A stretch of 64,000 nt of DNA from Planctomycetota bacterium (GCA_044222185.1 JBGANV010000014.1:1-64000), one strand, 5' to 3'; positions 1 through 9,803 are shown, counted from the stretch's first letter. The notes: a model not told the origin generated them from the sequence alone. Translations and numbers: made by a program.

Positions 1-4
1 TTTT

Positions 5-92
5 TTTGCCCCCCCGCGGGGGGGCAAACGAGCACGCCTTGAGGGCGTGCTCGAGCAGGGCCGCGCCCTGCCCGGCTCGGAGCCGGGCAGGG
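5..92. repeat. Chain of palindromes/hairpins at the window start
   Basis: Perfect 24-bp palindrome TTTGCCCCCCCGCGGGGGGGCAAA (5-28); CGAGCACGCC..GGCGTGCTCG (29-53); CCCTGCCCGGCTC-G-GAGCCGGGCAGGG (66-92). Confidence 0.75.
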
Positions 93-145
93 AACCCCGC
101 GGCCCTCGACCGAGGCGGCAACTACCCTGACACTGGGGGGACCCG

Positions 146-420
146 GGCCGGCGCAAGCCCGCGGCGCGATGAAAGCGGTCCGCCGATCGCGGCGGTCCCG
201 GAGGTCCCGCCAACCAGCCAGGCGCCCTCGTCGGACTCGGGCAGCCAGGCGCTCCGGAGCGCCGCGTTTCACGCGGCTGGACGGGCGAGGCTCCAGCCTC
301 GGCCCAGGCCGGCGCAAGCCCGCGGCGCGATGAAACCGGTCCGGCGATCTCGGCGGTCCCGGAGGTCCCGCCAACCGGCCAGGCGCCCTCGTCGGACTCG
401 GGCAGCCAGGCGCTCCGGAG
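146..420. repeat. Imperfect direct repeat, 2 x 114 bp (146-259 and 307-420)
   Basis: Both copies run GGCCGGCGCAAGCCC...GCGCTCCGGAG, with 4 mismatches by eye and a 161-bp period. Confidence 0.9.
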
Positions 421-423
421 ACC

Positions 424-1380
424 TCACAGGTCGAGGCGTTCGCCGTCGGCTGCGAGACGGTGGCCGGCGGCGCGGATCAGATCCGCGGCAGCGCCAGCCG
501 GGTCGGCGGCGGGGTTTGAGTGGTTCAGGTGGGTGAACACCACCTTCCGCCGTTCGGATGCAGGCAGCGATGCGAGCCGCGCGATCGTCTCGACGATGAA
601 CGGGTGGGGAATCTCCGACATCGCTCGGCCGGGAAGCTCGGAGCCATCGAAAAACGTGCCGTCGACGAGAGCCTCGTCGGCCTGCGCAAGGAGCGACTCG
701 ATCGGCCGATCCCAGCGCTCCCATTTGTCGATGTCCGGCAGATAGGCGACGGCGCGCGACGGCCCGCGGATCAGGAAGCCCACGGTGTCCGAGTACTCGC
801 CGCGGTGCGGCACCACGAATGGAGTCACGGTCAACCCGGGCGCGAGCGTCACCGGCGTGTCCGGCATCACGGTTTCGATCGTCACGTGATTCGCGCGCAC
901 GAGGAGATCCCACGGGCCGTTCGTCTCGAGGAATCGCCGCATCGACGCCGTCGCGAACACCCGCTGCCCGGCGGCGGCGTATGCCTCGCGGCCCAGGTGG
1001 ATGAGTCCGGCGTAATGGCCGACGTGCGCATGCGTCAGGAAGATCCCGTCGAACAGCGGAGGGCGGCCGCCAGGGTTCGTCGGTTGGGGCCACTCGTGCT
1101 CGCGGGTGAACTCCACCTGCTCGCGGATGTCTGGCGTCGCGTCGAACAGCCAGCGGCGGTGCGATCGCGGATCCACGACCAGGAGTGACGTCGTGAGCCG
1201 ACGCCGCGCTGCGTCCTGACGGGCAGCGACGTCGTTGAGGTCATCCCCCGCGAGCTGGGGCAAGCCACCGTCCTGCGCCGTCCCGAGCACGATCGCATAC
1301 GGCTTTGGCGACGCCGGCGGCGGCGCGACGGCGCAACCGCCGACGAGGATCAGTGCGACGAGCGCGGCGCGCCCCTTCAC
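424..1380 (-). CDS. MBL-fold metallo-hydrolase, PqqB/PhnP-like, probable lipoprotein
   Basis: GTAQDGGLPQ, FDATPD, THAHVGH, DGTFF, HP and HLNHSN motifs; lipobox-like LVGGC; GTG start overlaps the upstream stop (GTGA). Confidence 0.85.
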   Translation of the reverse strand: MKGRAALVALILVGGCAVAPPPASPKPYAIVLGTAQDGGLPQLAGDDLNDVAARQDAARRRLTTSLLVVDPRSHRRWLFDATPDIREQVEFTREHEWPQPTNPGGRPPLFDGIFLTHAHVGHYAGLIHLGREAYAAAGQRVFATASMRRFLETNGPWDLLVRANHVTIETVMPDTPVTLAPGLTVTPFVVPHRGEYSDTVGFLIRGPSRAVAYLPDIDKWERWDRPIESLLAQADEALVDGTFFDGSELPGRAMSEIPHPFIVETIARLASLPASERRKVVFTHLNHSNPAADPAGAAADLIRAAGHRLAADGERLDL

Positions 1381-3710
1381 CGCGCGACGTAGCTCCCACC
1401 CGTGAGCGCCGCGAGTCGCCGCATGAACTCGGCGTTGTGATCCTTGCCGATCCCGATCGTGTGGATGCGCACCTTCTTCTGATCGTTCATGCGCGACATC
1501 TCGGAGATGATCGTGCTCGGCTCGATGAGGCGACCGCGATTCGGTTGTCCGTCGGAGAGGAGGTAGATCGTGTCGAGGGCGACCGTGTTGCGCGAATCTT
1601 TCGTCCCGCGCCCTGCCATCTCGAACGCCTTCTCGAGCGCGTCGAAGATGTTCGTGGCGCCGACGGCCTTGACCTCCTCGGTCCACTTGACCGCCTCGGC
1701 CTTCACTTCCTTCGTGGCCGTGACCATCTTGGGCTTCCACACGCTCACCGTGTCGTCATAGAAGATGATGTTGAAGTTCGCGTCTTCCGGCAGTGATCGG
1801 ATCGACGCGATGAGCTCCTTCTTCGCGGCCTGGATCCGCGAAATCTGACCGGTCAGCCCCGCGACCTCGTTCATCGAGCCGGAGACGTCGAGGACGTAGA
1901 CGAGGCGCTTCGAGCGCGTGGTGATCCCGTAGAAGTTGGTGCCGCCCTTCTTCTCGCCGGGCTCCTTGTCGTCGCCCGCCTGCTCGTGCTTCTTCTTGAC
2001 GAGCGTCGAGAGCGACTTGCCGCTCTCCTGCCACCACTTGTTCCAATCATCCCGTGAGTTGCCCGGCGCGCTGCCCGTGAGATCCTTCAGCGCCTTCAGC
2101 GCCGCCTCACCGATCTCGCCCTTCAGCGCGATGGCTTCGATCATCGGTTGGATCGCGATCTGCCGTTCGAGCCGCGCCAGCGACTTGATGGCGAGGAGTC
2201 GCTCCTCCTTGCTCGCGTGATCGTCGTGGAGGATCTTCGCGAGCGGCAACGCCGCATCGTCGTCGTCCTGGAACCCGAGCGCGTCGAGCGCGGCCATCTT
2301 CAACTTCTTCTGCGACTCGGCCCGCTCCTTCGCGGCCGCCGACATCTTGTCGTCGATCGGCTCGATGGCGAGCGTCGCGAAGCGGGTCAGCATGGCCCGG
2401 ACCGTGGGCTCGCTGACTCCGCCGGCGAGCCGGATGTACTTGCTCAGGAGATAGGCGTCGTCCGCGTCCGCAAGACGCCGCATCGGTTCGAGGAAGAGCC
2501 ACGTCGTCGCGCGATCGCGGATGAGCTTGGGCCTGGTGCTGATCGTCTTGCCGATGACGCCTCTCCGGATGTCCGAGATCTGCTCGGCCATGGCGTCGGG
2601 TTTCTGGTCTGGCGGCGGCGGGGGCGGCGGGACCGACTTCACGCGCCGAGTGACGTCGCGGAATGGATGCACGCCCTCGTCCACCATGAGGCGACGCACA
2701 CCGGCGAGCGTTCCCTTCGCGGCGATGGAGTTGATGGCCGACGTCTTCGCGACGGGGTCCGTTCCGTCCAGTGCCGCGAACGTCTGCTTCAGCGCTTCGC
2801 CTTCCTTCGATGCCCAGTCCTTCCACAACTGTCCGTTGTCGAAGAACGTGACGCCGGAGATGTCCTCCAGGGCTTCGACCAACTCGTCGATCGCGCGGCC
2901 TTCGCTGCCGGCGAGTGCCTCGGCGAGCGCCGTCGTGCCTTCGACGCTCGGCAGCCCGCCGAGCGCGCGCGCGGCCGCGATCTTCACGGTCCACATCTCG
3001 TCCGTGAGCGCCTTCGTGAGGATCGGGACGGTCGTCGTGTCCCCCAATCGGCCCAGTTCGTCGACGGCGGCCGTGCGGACCGCGGCGTCGGTTCCGAGCG
3101 TCGCCATCTCGATCAGCGCGTCGCGGCTCTCCGGCGTGACGCTCGCACCGAAGATGTGAGCGAAGAGGATCTTGTCGTCCGTCGACGTCGCCTTCTGGGC
3201 GGCACCCGCGAGAGACGTCACCTGCTTGGCGCGCTCGGTCGGGTCGAGAGCCGTCAGGAGCCGGCCCAACCCGTCCATCAGCGCGAACTCGAAGGCTTCC
3301 GCGGCGTTCTGTTCGGCGGTGAGCGCAGCGAGTTTCTTCTGCAGCTCCTCTTCCTTCTTCACGGCCGGGTTCGCCGTGCCCGCCGAAACGCCGCGCCCCT
3401 TCGAGTTCTGCTCGTCGACGACCTTCCAGATGTCGCGCCGCTCGGTTCCCGACTTGTTGATGTCCGCGCGGACCTTGCGAACGACCTGCTCCACCTGGCG
3501 GATCGCCGCCACGAACTCCTCGACTCCTCGTCCATCCTTCGTCGCCGCCATGGGCTCGACGGCCGCGATCCGCTGCTCGAGCGTTCCCTGACGGAGGGAC
3601 TCACGGAGCTTCTCCTTCGCCTTGTCGAACCCGATCTCCTGACCCGGGCTGGACGCCGTCGTTGCGAAGAGGACGATCAGTGCGATGGAGGACGCAATGG
3701 GATGGCGCAT
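1377..3710 (-). CDS. Exported HEAT-repeat protein with C-terminal VWA domain
   Basis: Signal peptide; HEAT-like VRTAAVDELGRLG and VKIAAARALG repeats; MIDAS DVSGS, TN, LSDGQP. Confidence 0.88.
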   Translation of the reverse strand: MRHPIASSIALIVLFATTASSPGQEIGFDKAKEKLRESLRQGTLEQRIAAVEPMAATKDGRGVEEFVAAIRQVEQVVRKVRADINKSGTERRDIWKVVDEQNSKGRGVSAGTANPAVKKEEELQKKLAALTAEQNAAEAFEFALMDGLGRLLTALDPTERAKQVTSLAGAAQKATSTDDKILFAHIFGASVTPESRDALIEMATLGTDAAVRTAAVDELGRLGDTTTVPILTKALTDEMWTVKIAAARALGGLPSVEGTTALAEALAGSEGRAIDELVEALEDISGVTFFDNGQLWKDWASKEGEALKQTFAALDGTDPVAKTSAINSIAAKGTLAGVRRLMVDEGVHPFRDVTRRVKSVPPPPPPPDQKPDAMAEQISDIRRGVIGKTISTRPKLIRDRATTWLFLEPMRRLADADDAYLLSKYIRLAGGVSEPTVRAMLTRFATLAIEPIDDKMSAAAKERAESQKKLKMAALDALGFQDDDDAALPLAKILHDDHASKEERLLAIKSLARLERQIAIQPMIEAIALKGEIGEAALKALKDLTGSAPGNSRDDWNKWWQESGKSLSTLVKKKHEQAGDDKEPGEKKGGTNFYGITTRSKRLVYVLDVSGSMNEVAGLTGQISRIQAAKKELIASIRSLPEDANFNIIFYDDTVSVWKPKMVTATKEVKAEAVKWTEEVKAVGATNIFDALEKAFEMAGRGTKDSRNTVALDTIYLLSDGQPNRGRLIEPSTIISEMSRMNDQKKVRIHTIGIGKDHNAEFMRRLAALTGGSYVAR

Positions 3711-3790
3711 CGGGAATCTCGGAAGGGCCCGGCGGACGTCGCATGGCTGAGTGAGGAGGCCTCGCTCGGGGCTGATACTCTACACACCGC

Positions 3791-4300
3791 ATGCCGGTCC
3801 CACGGAGCCCGATCCGCCCCCGAACCTTCCAGCCGCCCCGGCGCGGATCCAACCTGGGCGTCTACATCGCGCTGGGGTTTCTCCCATCCGTCGGCCTGTT
3901 CTGGGCGGCGGTCCTCTACTCGCGAGGTGAGTTGCCGCTGGACAAACTCCCGTCCGGGACCGGCGATCGTCTTTGGGTGTTGGGCGGCCTCCTCGTCGGG
4001 CTGATCCTGGCGGCGCGGCTGACGCTGCCGCCGGTCCACGCGGTCGTCAGCGCGTGCGAGCGCGGGATGCGCCTCCGCGGGGCGGTGCTCCGCGGAAAGA
4101 TCCCCGGCAGCCGGATGCGCGCATTGGTGGAATTCCCGTTCCTGGCGCTGGGCTGGGCCGTGACCTACCCGATCCGGTTCCTGCTCCTGCTTGCGATCCT
4201 CGCGCTGCTGATCCTGATCGCGATCCTGACGGTCCAGCTGTTCAAGCCCACCTTCATGGCGGACTGGTTGCCGTCGTTCATTCGCTCCGGGCCGCGATGA
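3791..4300 (+). CDS. Hypothetical membrane protein
   Basis: 169 aa with 3-4 hydrophobic segments and high-GC codon usage. Confidence 0.7.
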   Translation: MPVPRSPIRPRTFQPPRRGSNLGVYIALGFLPSVGLFWAAVLYSRGELPLDKLPSGTGDRLWVLGGLLVGLILAARLTLPPVHAVVSACERGMRLRGAVLRGKIPGSRMRALVEFPFLALGWAVTYPIRFLLLLAILALLILIAILTVQLFKPTFMADWLPSFIRSGPR

Positions 4301-5006
4301 CCGTGCCGTCCGTCGTGCAATGCACACGGTCGATCTGGAGGCACGTGACCTCGTGCGAGTCGTCCATGCAGACCGTACCCCAGACCTCGAATTCGCGTCC
4401 CTCCCGCAGGCACGTCGCGTAGAACGCCCCGGCGTCGCAGGTCCAGGTCGTGGTCGACGCGGGGGACCGCCCGATCATCGACCGCGCGGAGTTCGCCGGG
4501 GAGCCCGCGATCGCCACCGCAGCCGGCTGATTGGCGCCGTTGGCATCACGCGCCGTGTTCCAGCCGTGCATCACGGCGGGCGACATGCCGTTGCGGACGT
4601 GCTGGCGTGTGCCGGTGGACGTGATCTTCAGATCTTCGACCTGGTCGACGGGGAAGACCTCGCAGAACCGGCCGTGCAGCTTCGCCAGGTCCTGGCGGAA
4701 CTTCTCGCGGCGGACCGAGTGCCGCTCGTAGGCTTCCGTGCTCCCGCGCAGCCATGCGTTGACGAATGCCTCCATGGCGTCGCGAGTTTGGTTCTCCTCC
4801 ATCTCCCGGACCACGCGCGCCCGGCGTTCCTGGGCGAGCACCACGCCCCGGATCACCGTGAAGGTGGTGACGCTCAAGGCGATGAACACCCAGGAGGCGC
4901 GGGTCAGGATTCGCCGGTTCCGGAGCTTCCCTCCGCACCCGTGGCAGTTGCGGGCGTTGTCGTAGACGTAGGTGAAGCAGCTCGGACAGCGGACGATGCG
5001 GGGCAT
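4278..5006 (-). CDS. Zinc-ribbon (CPSC..CHGC) single-pass membrane protein
   Basis: N-terminal CxxC-x10-CxxC followed by a TM helix; alternative start at 5018. Confidence 0.7.
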   Translation of the reverse strand: MPRIVRCPSCFTYVYDNARNCHGCGGKLRNRRILTRASWVFIALSVTTFTVIRGVVLAQERRARVVREMEENQTRDAMEAFVNAWLRGSTEAYERHSVRREKFRQDLAKLHGRFCEVFPVDQVEDLKITSTGTRQHVRNGMSPAVMHGWNTARDANGANQPAAVAIAGSPANSARSMIGRSPASTTTWTCDAGAFYATCLREGREFEVWGTVCMDDSHEVTCLQIDRVHCTTDGTVIAARSE

Positions 5007-5204
5007 GCTGGATCCCATGAGGTTGGCGGGGCCATTCGGCAACCCGCTGGGATTATTGTTGCGCCGCGCATTGTGCCCGCGCGGCGCGCCCTCCGCCAGC
5101 GCGAGTGAGGCTTGCGCGCAGACCGGCTCAGCCGGCAGCGACTGCCGCAACGGGCCGCCGCGCAGGGACTTTCGCCGGTTCGGGCAGCAGCCGCCCGCCC
5201 TGCC

Positions 5205-6308
5205 TCACTTCTTCGCCGGCAGCGACTCGACGGCTGCGAGGCGGATCACGATGGCTTCGATCTTGGGCAACGCTGCCAGCACCAGGGTCCCCGTTCGCTC
5301 CAGGGAGCGGACGGACAGCTTGTCGATCGTGTCCTTGGGCGTGTGCCAGTACTCCCGGTTCCCGTTCGGGCCGTACTCGAAGTCGATGAGATCCATCGCG
5401 AGTACGCCCGCCTCCTTGAACGGGATGTGGTCGTCCGAAACCTCCGTCTGCTGGACGAGGAAGTTCACGCCGAACACGTCCCGTGACGCCTCCTCGAAGA
5501 TCGAGATGAGCTGGGCTGAACAGCTCTTCGGATCGCGGACCAGCGACCAGTCGGCGTCTCCCACCATGTCCAGGAGGACGAAGGCCTTCATGGAGTAGTC
5601 GCGCATGTTCTTCGCGAGATACCGGCTTCCGTAGGTGTTGTCCGGCGTGCCGTCTTCCTGGTTCCCCCAGTCGACGTTGAAGGGCTCCTCGCCGTCCAGG
5701 AACACGAAGTAGTAGGTGACCTCGTTCTCGCGTGCCTTCAGCTTGCGCGCCAGTTCGAAGAGGACGGCGACGGCCGACGCCGAGTCGTTCGCACCGAGAA
5801 ACTTGAAGCCCTCGAAGTACTTCGAGTCGTAGTGGGCGGCGAGAGCGATGGCCTCCGGCCGTTTGCCTGGAAGAACGCCGATGAGATTCGTCATCGCGAA
5901 CTCACCCTTGGGCGTCTTCGCCGTGAAGGGCTGCTCGCGGATGTCCGCGACCCCTGCAGCCGCCAGCTCCGCCTTGATCATGCGTTGAGCCGCCTTGCTG
6001 CCCTCCGTCCCCGCCACGCGGGGGCCGATGTTCAGGATGCGTTCGACCGAGCTCATGATGGCCTTGCCGTCGACCGTCGACGTCCAGGCCTTCTCCTTCT
6101 CCTGGACCTTCTCCGGGACCCGTTCCGGGTCGCGCGGCCACTTGGCCCAGACCACCAGCGCCGCGAGCGCGATGAGACCCGCCCAGGGAAGCCATGCGGG
6201 CATGCGCGACTTGGGTGCCGCCGCCGGCTGAATGGGTTCGGGCTTGGTGGCCAGCTTCTGCTCCGGCGGTTTCGGCTTCGATGATTGACGGTTCTTCGAG
6301 GCGCTCAT
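5205..6308 (-). CDS. M28-family protein, animal-type glutaminyl-peptide cyclotransferase-like, N-terminal TM anchor
   Basis: AHYDSKYF, GANDS, DGEE, YGSRYLA, LLDMVG, DDHIPF and WHT motifs parallel human QC motifs. Confidence 0.85.
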   Translation of the reverse strand: MSASKNRQSSKPKPPEQKLATKPEPIQPAAAPKSRMPAWLPWAGLIALAALVVWAKWPRDPERVPEKVQEKEKAWTSTVDGKAIMSSVERILNIGPRVAGTEGSKAAQRMIKAELAAAGVADIREQPFTAKTPKGEFAMTNLIGVLPGKRPEAIALAAHYDSKYFEGFKFLGANDSASAVAVLFELARKLKARENEVTYYFVFLDGEEPFNVDWGNQEDGTPDNTYGSRYLAKNMRDYSMKAFVLLDMVGDADWSLVRDPKSCSAQLISIFEEASRDVFGVNFLVQQTEVSDDHIPFKEAGVLAMDLIDFEYGPNGNREYWHTPKDTIDKLSVRSLERTGTLVLAALPKIEAIVIRLAAVESLPAKK

Positions 6309-6401
6309 GGGCGGTGTCTCTGGTCTGCGCGGTCTGCGGACTGCGAGCCGCGAATGAAGGCGTTCATGGTATGCACGGCGCTCGCGACCTACCATGCCCG
6401 C

Positions 6402-7352
6402 GTGGTGGACTTCGACGACATAGAAGAGGCAGGGGTCCGGCTTTCGGGAGTGGCTCATCGAACGCCGCTCCTGCGCTCACGCCTGCTCAGTACGGCGTGC
6501 GGCGGGACCGTGCTCCTCAAGGCGGAGAATCAGCAGCGGGGCGGGGCGTTCAAGTTCCGCGGGGCGTTCAACGCCGTCGCCAAGAGCCTGGACCGAGCCC
6601 GCGCCAGCGGGGTGATCACCGGCAGCAGCGGGAACCACGGCCAGGCGTTGGCGCTCGCGGCAGGGCTGCTCGGGGTCCGGGCGATCATCGCCATGCCGAC
6701 CGATGCGGCCGGCGTGAAGGTCGCAGCCGTGCGTGATTACGGTGCGGAGGTCGTCCTCGTCGGTCGCACGAGCGAGGAACGACTGGGCTATGCGGCGGAG
6801 CGTGCGCAACGCGACGGCATGCTCTCGATACCGCCCTATGACCACGAGGACGTCATCGCGGGGCAGGGAACCTGCGGGGCGGAGATCTTCGCGGAGATGC
6901 GGCCCGACGTCGTCCTCGTGCCGACGGGTGGGGGAGGGTTGTTCGCTGGGACGTGCCTCTCGGCCGCGGCGCTCTCGCCCAGTACCGAGGTGTGGGGTGT
7001 CGAGACGGAAGCTGCATGCGACACCTGGAAATCGTTCCGCGAGGGTCAGCGCGTGCGCATCGACCTGCCCGACACCATCGCCGATGGCATGCGGAACCTC
7101 GAACCGGGGAAGCTCACGTTCCCCATCGTCAAGCAGCATGCCCGGGGCGTGATCCTCGTCACAGACGAGGCGGTGCGTGAGGCGATGCGGTTCGTCATGA
7201 CGCGCATGAAACTCGTCGTCGAGCCCACGGGCGCGACGGGCATCGCCGCGCTGATGTCCGGTCGCTTCGATCTCGCCGGTCGGACGGCGGTCGTCATCGT
7301 CAGCGGCGGGAACGTGGACCCGAAGACGTACGCAGCCATTCTCGCGGGATGA
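6402..7352 (+). CDS. PLP-dependent threonine/serine dehydratase (racemase-like), catalytic domain only
   Basis: KAENQQRGGAFKFRGA, SSGNHG, PTGGGGL, EPTGA and SGGN motifs; start approximate. Confidence 0.9.
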   Translation: MVDFDDIEEAGVRLSGVAHRTPLLRSRLLSTACGGTVLLKAENQQRGGAFKFRGAFNAVAKSLDRARASGVITGSSGNHGQALALAAGLLGVRAIIAMPTDAAGVKVAAVRDYGAEVVLVGRTSEERLGYAAERAQRDGMLSIPPYDHEDVIAGQGTCGAEIFAEMRPDVVLVPTGGGGLFAGTCLSAAALSPSTEVWGVETEAACDTWKSFREGQRVRIDLPDTIADGMRNLEPGKLTFPIVKQHARGVILVTDEAVREAMRFVMTRMKLVVEPTGATGIAALMSGRFDLAGRTAVVIVSGGNVDPKTYAAILAG

Positions 7353-7405
7353 CGCGCCGCCGCGAACCTACCCGCACCGAAGCCCCTCGGTTATTCTCCG
7401 CGGCC

Positions 7406-7882
7406 ATGACGACGCAGACGGATCGAGGCTATGTGGACCCCACGGTGACGCAGCTTTCCGTATTCCTGCAGAATCGCGTGGGAGAGTTGCGCGAGGTGCT
7501 TCGCCGACTCGAGCATTCACAAGTGCAGGTGCACGCGCTGTCCGTTGCCGACTCGGTCGATTACGCCATCGTCCGATTGATCGTCGACCAGGTCGAGACG
7601 GCGCGCACCTCGCTGCGGGGCGGCGGATTCGCCGTGAGCGAGAACGCCGTCCTCGCCGTCGGGCTGCCCGCGGAGGGGCGAGGTCTTCTCGCGATCTGCC
7701 AGGCGCTCATCGGCGCCGAAATCAACATCCACTATGCGTATCCCATGTTCACCCGACCCAAGGGCAGCGGAGTGGTCATCGTGAACGTGGACAGCCGCTC
7801 GGTCGCCGCCGACATCCTGAAGAAGGCCGGCTTCGACCTCGTCGACGAGCGCGACCTCGCGCCATCCCGGTACGGGAACTGA
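7406..7882 (+). CDS. Tandem ACT-domain protein
   Basis: QLSVFLQNRVGEL and AEINIHYAYP are typical of the two-ACT family. Confidence 0.8.
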   Translation: MTTQTDRGYVDPTVTQLSVFLQNRVGELREVLRRLEHSQVQVHALSVADSVDYAIVRLIVDQVETARTSLRGGGFAVSENAVLAVGLPAEGRGLLAICQALIGAEINIHYAYPMFTRPKGSGVVIVNVDSRSVAADILKKAGFDLVDERDLAPSRYGN

Positions 7883-8108
7883 CGAGTACCGGTCACCGAG
7901 CCGGGTGGCAGCCGGAGGGCCCGCCCCCAAACCCGATGGCAGGGACGGCTTCACCGTCTCGCGCGTTTCAGGCGTCGACCGGGCGGATTTCGGAGCCGCG
8001 AATCTCGCCGCGGAACCTTGGACGGTCCGGCGGGTTTGGTCCTGTCGAGCGACTTTTCGCACGACCTTGCCTACGATTGGACCGACCGCTTCCCCGGAGT
8101 TCCGTCGC

Positions 8109-9785
8109 ATGACCACTCGACTCTTTCGTTCGATGACCGCACCCATCGTGCCGGCCGCCCTCCTTCTCGCCGTCCTCGCGAGCGACGGAATCGCCCAGGG
8201 TGGACCGCCGCCTCCTCCTCCGCCGCTCCCCCCCGTCAACGCGCCTCCGCAGAACGCGATCACGGAGGCGAAGCGCGTTCTCGGCAAGATCCTGTTCTGG
8301 GAGGAGCAGCTGTCGAGTGACAACACGGTGTCCTGCGGCACGTGCCACAAGCCGAACTTCGGCGGGACCGACTCGCGCCTCGCGATCAACCCAGGCCTCG
8401 ACGGGCTCGTGAACACACCGGACGACGTTCGCGGCTCGCCCGGCGTCGCGCGCACGAATGCGGCTGGTGATTTCGTCCGCGACCCGCTGTTCGCCTTCAA
8501 TGCCCAGATCACGCCGCGTCGCGCGCCCGACTTCGAGATGGGCGCGTACAGCCCGCTCCTCTTCTGGGATGGGCGCGCCGGGCCGTCGTTCACCGACCCG
8601 GTCTCGAACACGGTCGTGATTCCCGTCGGCGGAGCTCTCGAAGCTCAATCGCTGGGCCCGATCCTCGCGAACAACGAGATGGCGCACACGGGCCGCACGT
8701 TCGCGGACGCAGTCACCAAGCTTCAATCGGTGTCGCCACTGAAGCTCGCCACCAACATCCCGCCGGACATGGCCAATGCGATCGCCGCCGCGGGGAGCTA
8801 CCCGGCGTTGTTCCAGACCGCGTTCGGATCGCCGGTCATCTCCGCGCAGCGCATCGCGTTCGCCATCGCGACCTACGAGCGCACGTTGGTTCCGAACCAG
8901 ACGCCGTACGACGCCTGGGCTGCCGGGAACCCGAACGCGCTGACGCAGGTGGAGCTCCAGGGGTTCAACGCGTTCAACAACGTGGGCCGCTGCAACGTCT
9001 GCCACACGGCGCCGACGTTCAGCGACAACACGTTCCGCAACCTGGGGCTGCGCCCCATCGCCGAAGATTCGGGTCGCCAGGCGATCACGAACAACGTGAA
9101 CGATCGCGGCAAGTTCAAGGTGCCGAGCCTGCGCAACGCGGCGCTTCGGTCGCGCTTCATGCACACCGGTGGCATTCCGACGCTCGCGGGAGTGGTCGGG
9201 TTCTACGCAGGAGGCGGCGGTCCGAACCTCGACAACAAGGATCCGGTGCTCGCGGGACTCGCATTCCCACCGCTCGTCGCGCAACAACTCGGCGCGTTCC
9301 TCCAGGCCCTCGTCGATCCGCGCGCGGCGGCAGGCACGTTCCCCTTCGATCGTCCGACGTTGCGCTCGGAAGTCGTTCCGCCGAACTCGAACCGCTTCGG
9401 CCCCTCGACGCCGGGCTCGGGGAACGTTCCGCCGCAGATGCTCGCGACGTCGCCGTTGGCGATCAACGTGCCTGATTGGAAGATCGGGCTCGGGCGCGCG
9501 CTCGGCGGAACGCAGGCGTTCCTCGTGCTCGCGACCAACGACTCGGTGCCGGCGACGAACATCAATGGCCTCCTCGTCAACCTGGACATCAACCAGCTCG
9601 TGACGTCGATCCCCGTTCCGACTTCGGGTGCGGGACCCGACAACGGCGCGGCCACGGTGCACCTCGCGATCGGCAACGCCCCGGCGCTCGTCGGTGCCGA
9701 CGCCTACTTCCAGTGGGTGATCTTGGATCCGGCCGGCGCGGGCGGCGTTTCTGCCTCCCAGGGCGCACGCTTCCAGATCTTCTGA
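8109..9785 (+). CDS. Exported di-heme cytochrome c peroxidase/MauG-family protein with extra C-terminal domain
   Basis: Two CxxCH motifs (CGTCH, CNVCH), LGKILFW, FWDGRA, FKVPSLRN, FMHTG; signal peptide ending GIA|Q. Confidence 0.9.
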   Translation: MTTRLFRSMTAPIVPAALLLAVLASDGIAQGGPPPPPPPLPPVNAPPQNAITEAKRVLGKILFWEEQLSSDNTVSCGTCHKPNFGGTDSRLAINPGLDGLVNTPDDVRGSPGVARTNAAGDFVRDPLFAFNAQITPRRAPDFEMGAYSPLLFWDGRAGPSFTDPVSNTVVIPVGGALEAQSLGPILANNEMAHTGRTFADAVTKLQSVSPLKLATNIPPDMANAIAAAGSYPALFQTAFGSPVISAQRIAFAIATYERTLVPNQTPYDAWAAGNPNALTQVELQGFNAFNNVGRCNVCHTAPTFSDNTFRNLGLRPIAEDSGRQAITNNVNDRGKFKVPSLRNAALRSRFMHTGGIPTLAGVVGFYAGGGGPNLDNKDPVLAGLAFPPLVAQQLGAFLQALVDPRAAAGTFPFDRPTLRSEVVPPNSNRFGPSTPGSGNVPPQMLATSPLAINVPDWKIGLGRALGGTQAFLVLATNDSVPATNINGLLVNLDINQLVTSIPVPTSGAGPDNGAATVHLAIGNAPALVGADAYFQWVILDPAGAGGVSASQGARFQIF

Positions 9786-9803
9786 CGGGCCTCTGATGGC
9801 TTC

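Noticed and set aside
146-420. CRISPR array or IS end
   Set aside because: Only two 114-bp units, no spacer structure, and no cas or transposase gene in the window.
424-1380. PQQ biosynthesis locus
   Set aside because: No pqqA/C/D/E nearby, and the protein appears exported.
7406-7882. Acetolactate synthase small subunit
   Set aside because: No ilvB nearby; the motifs fit a stand-alone two-ACT protein.
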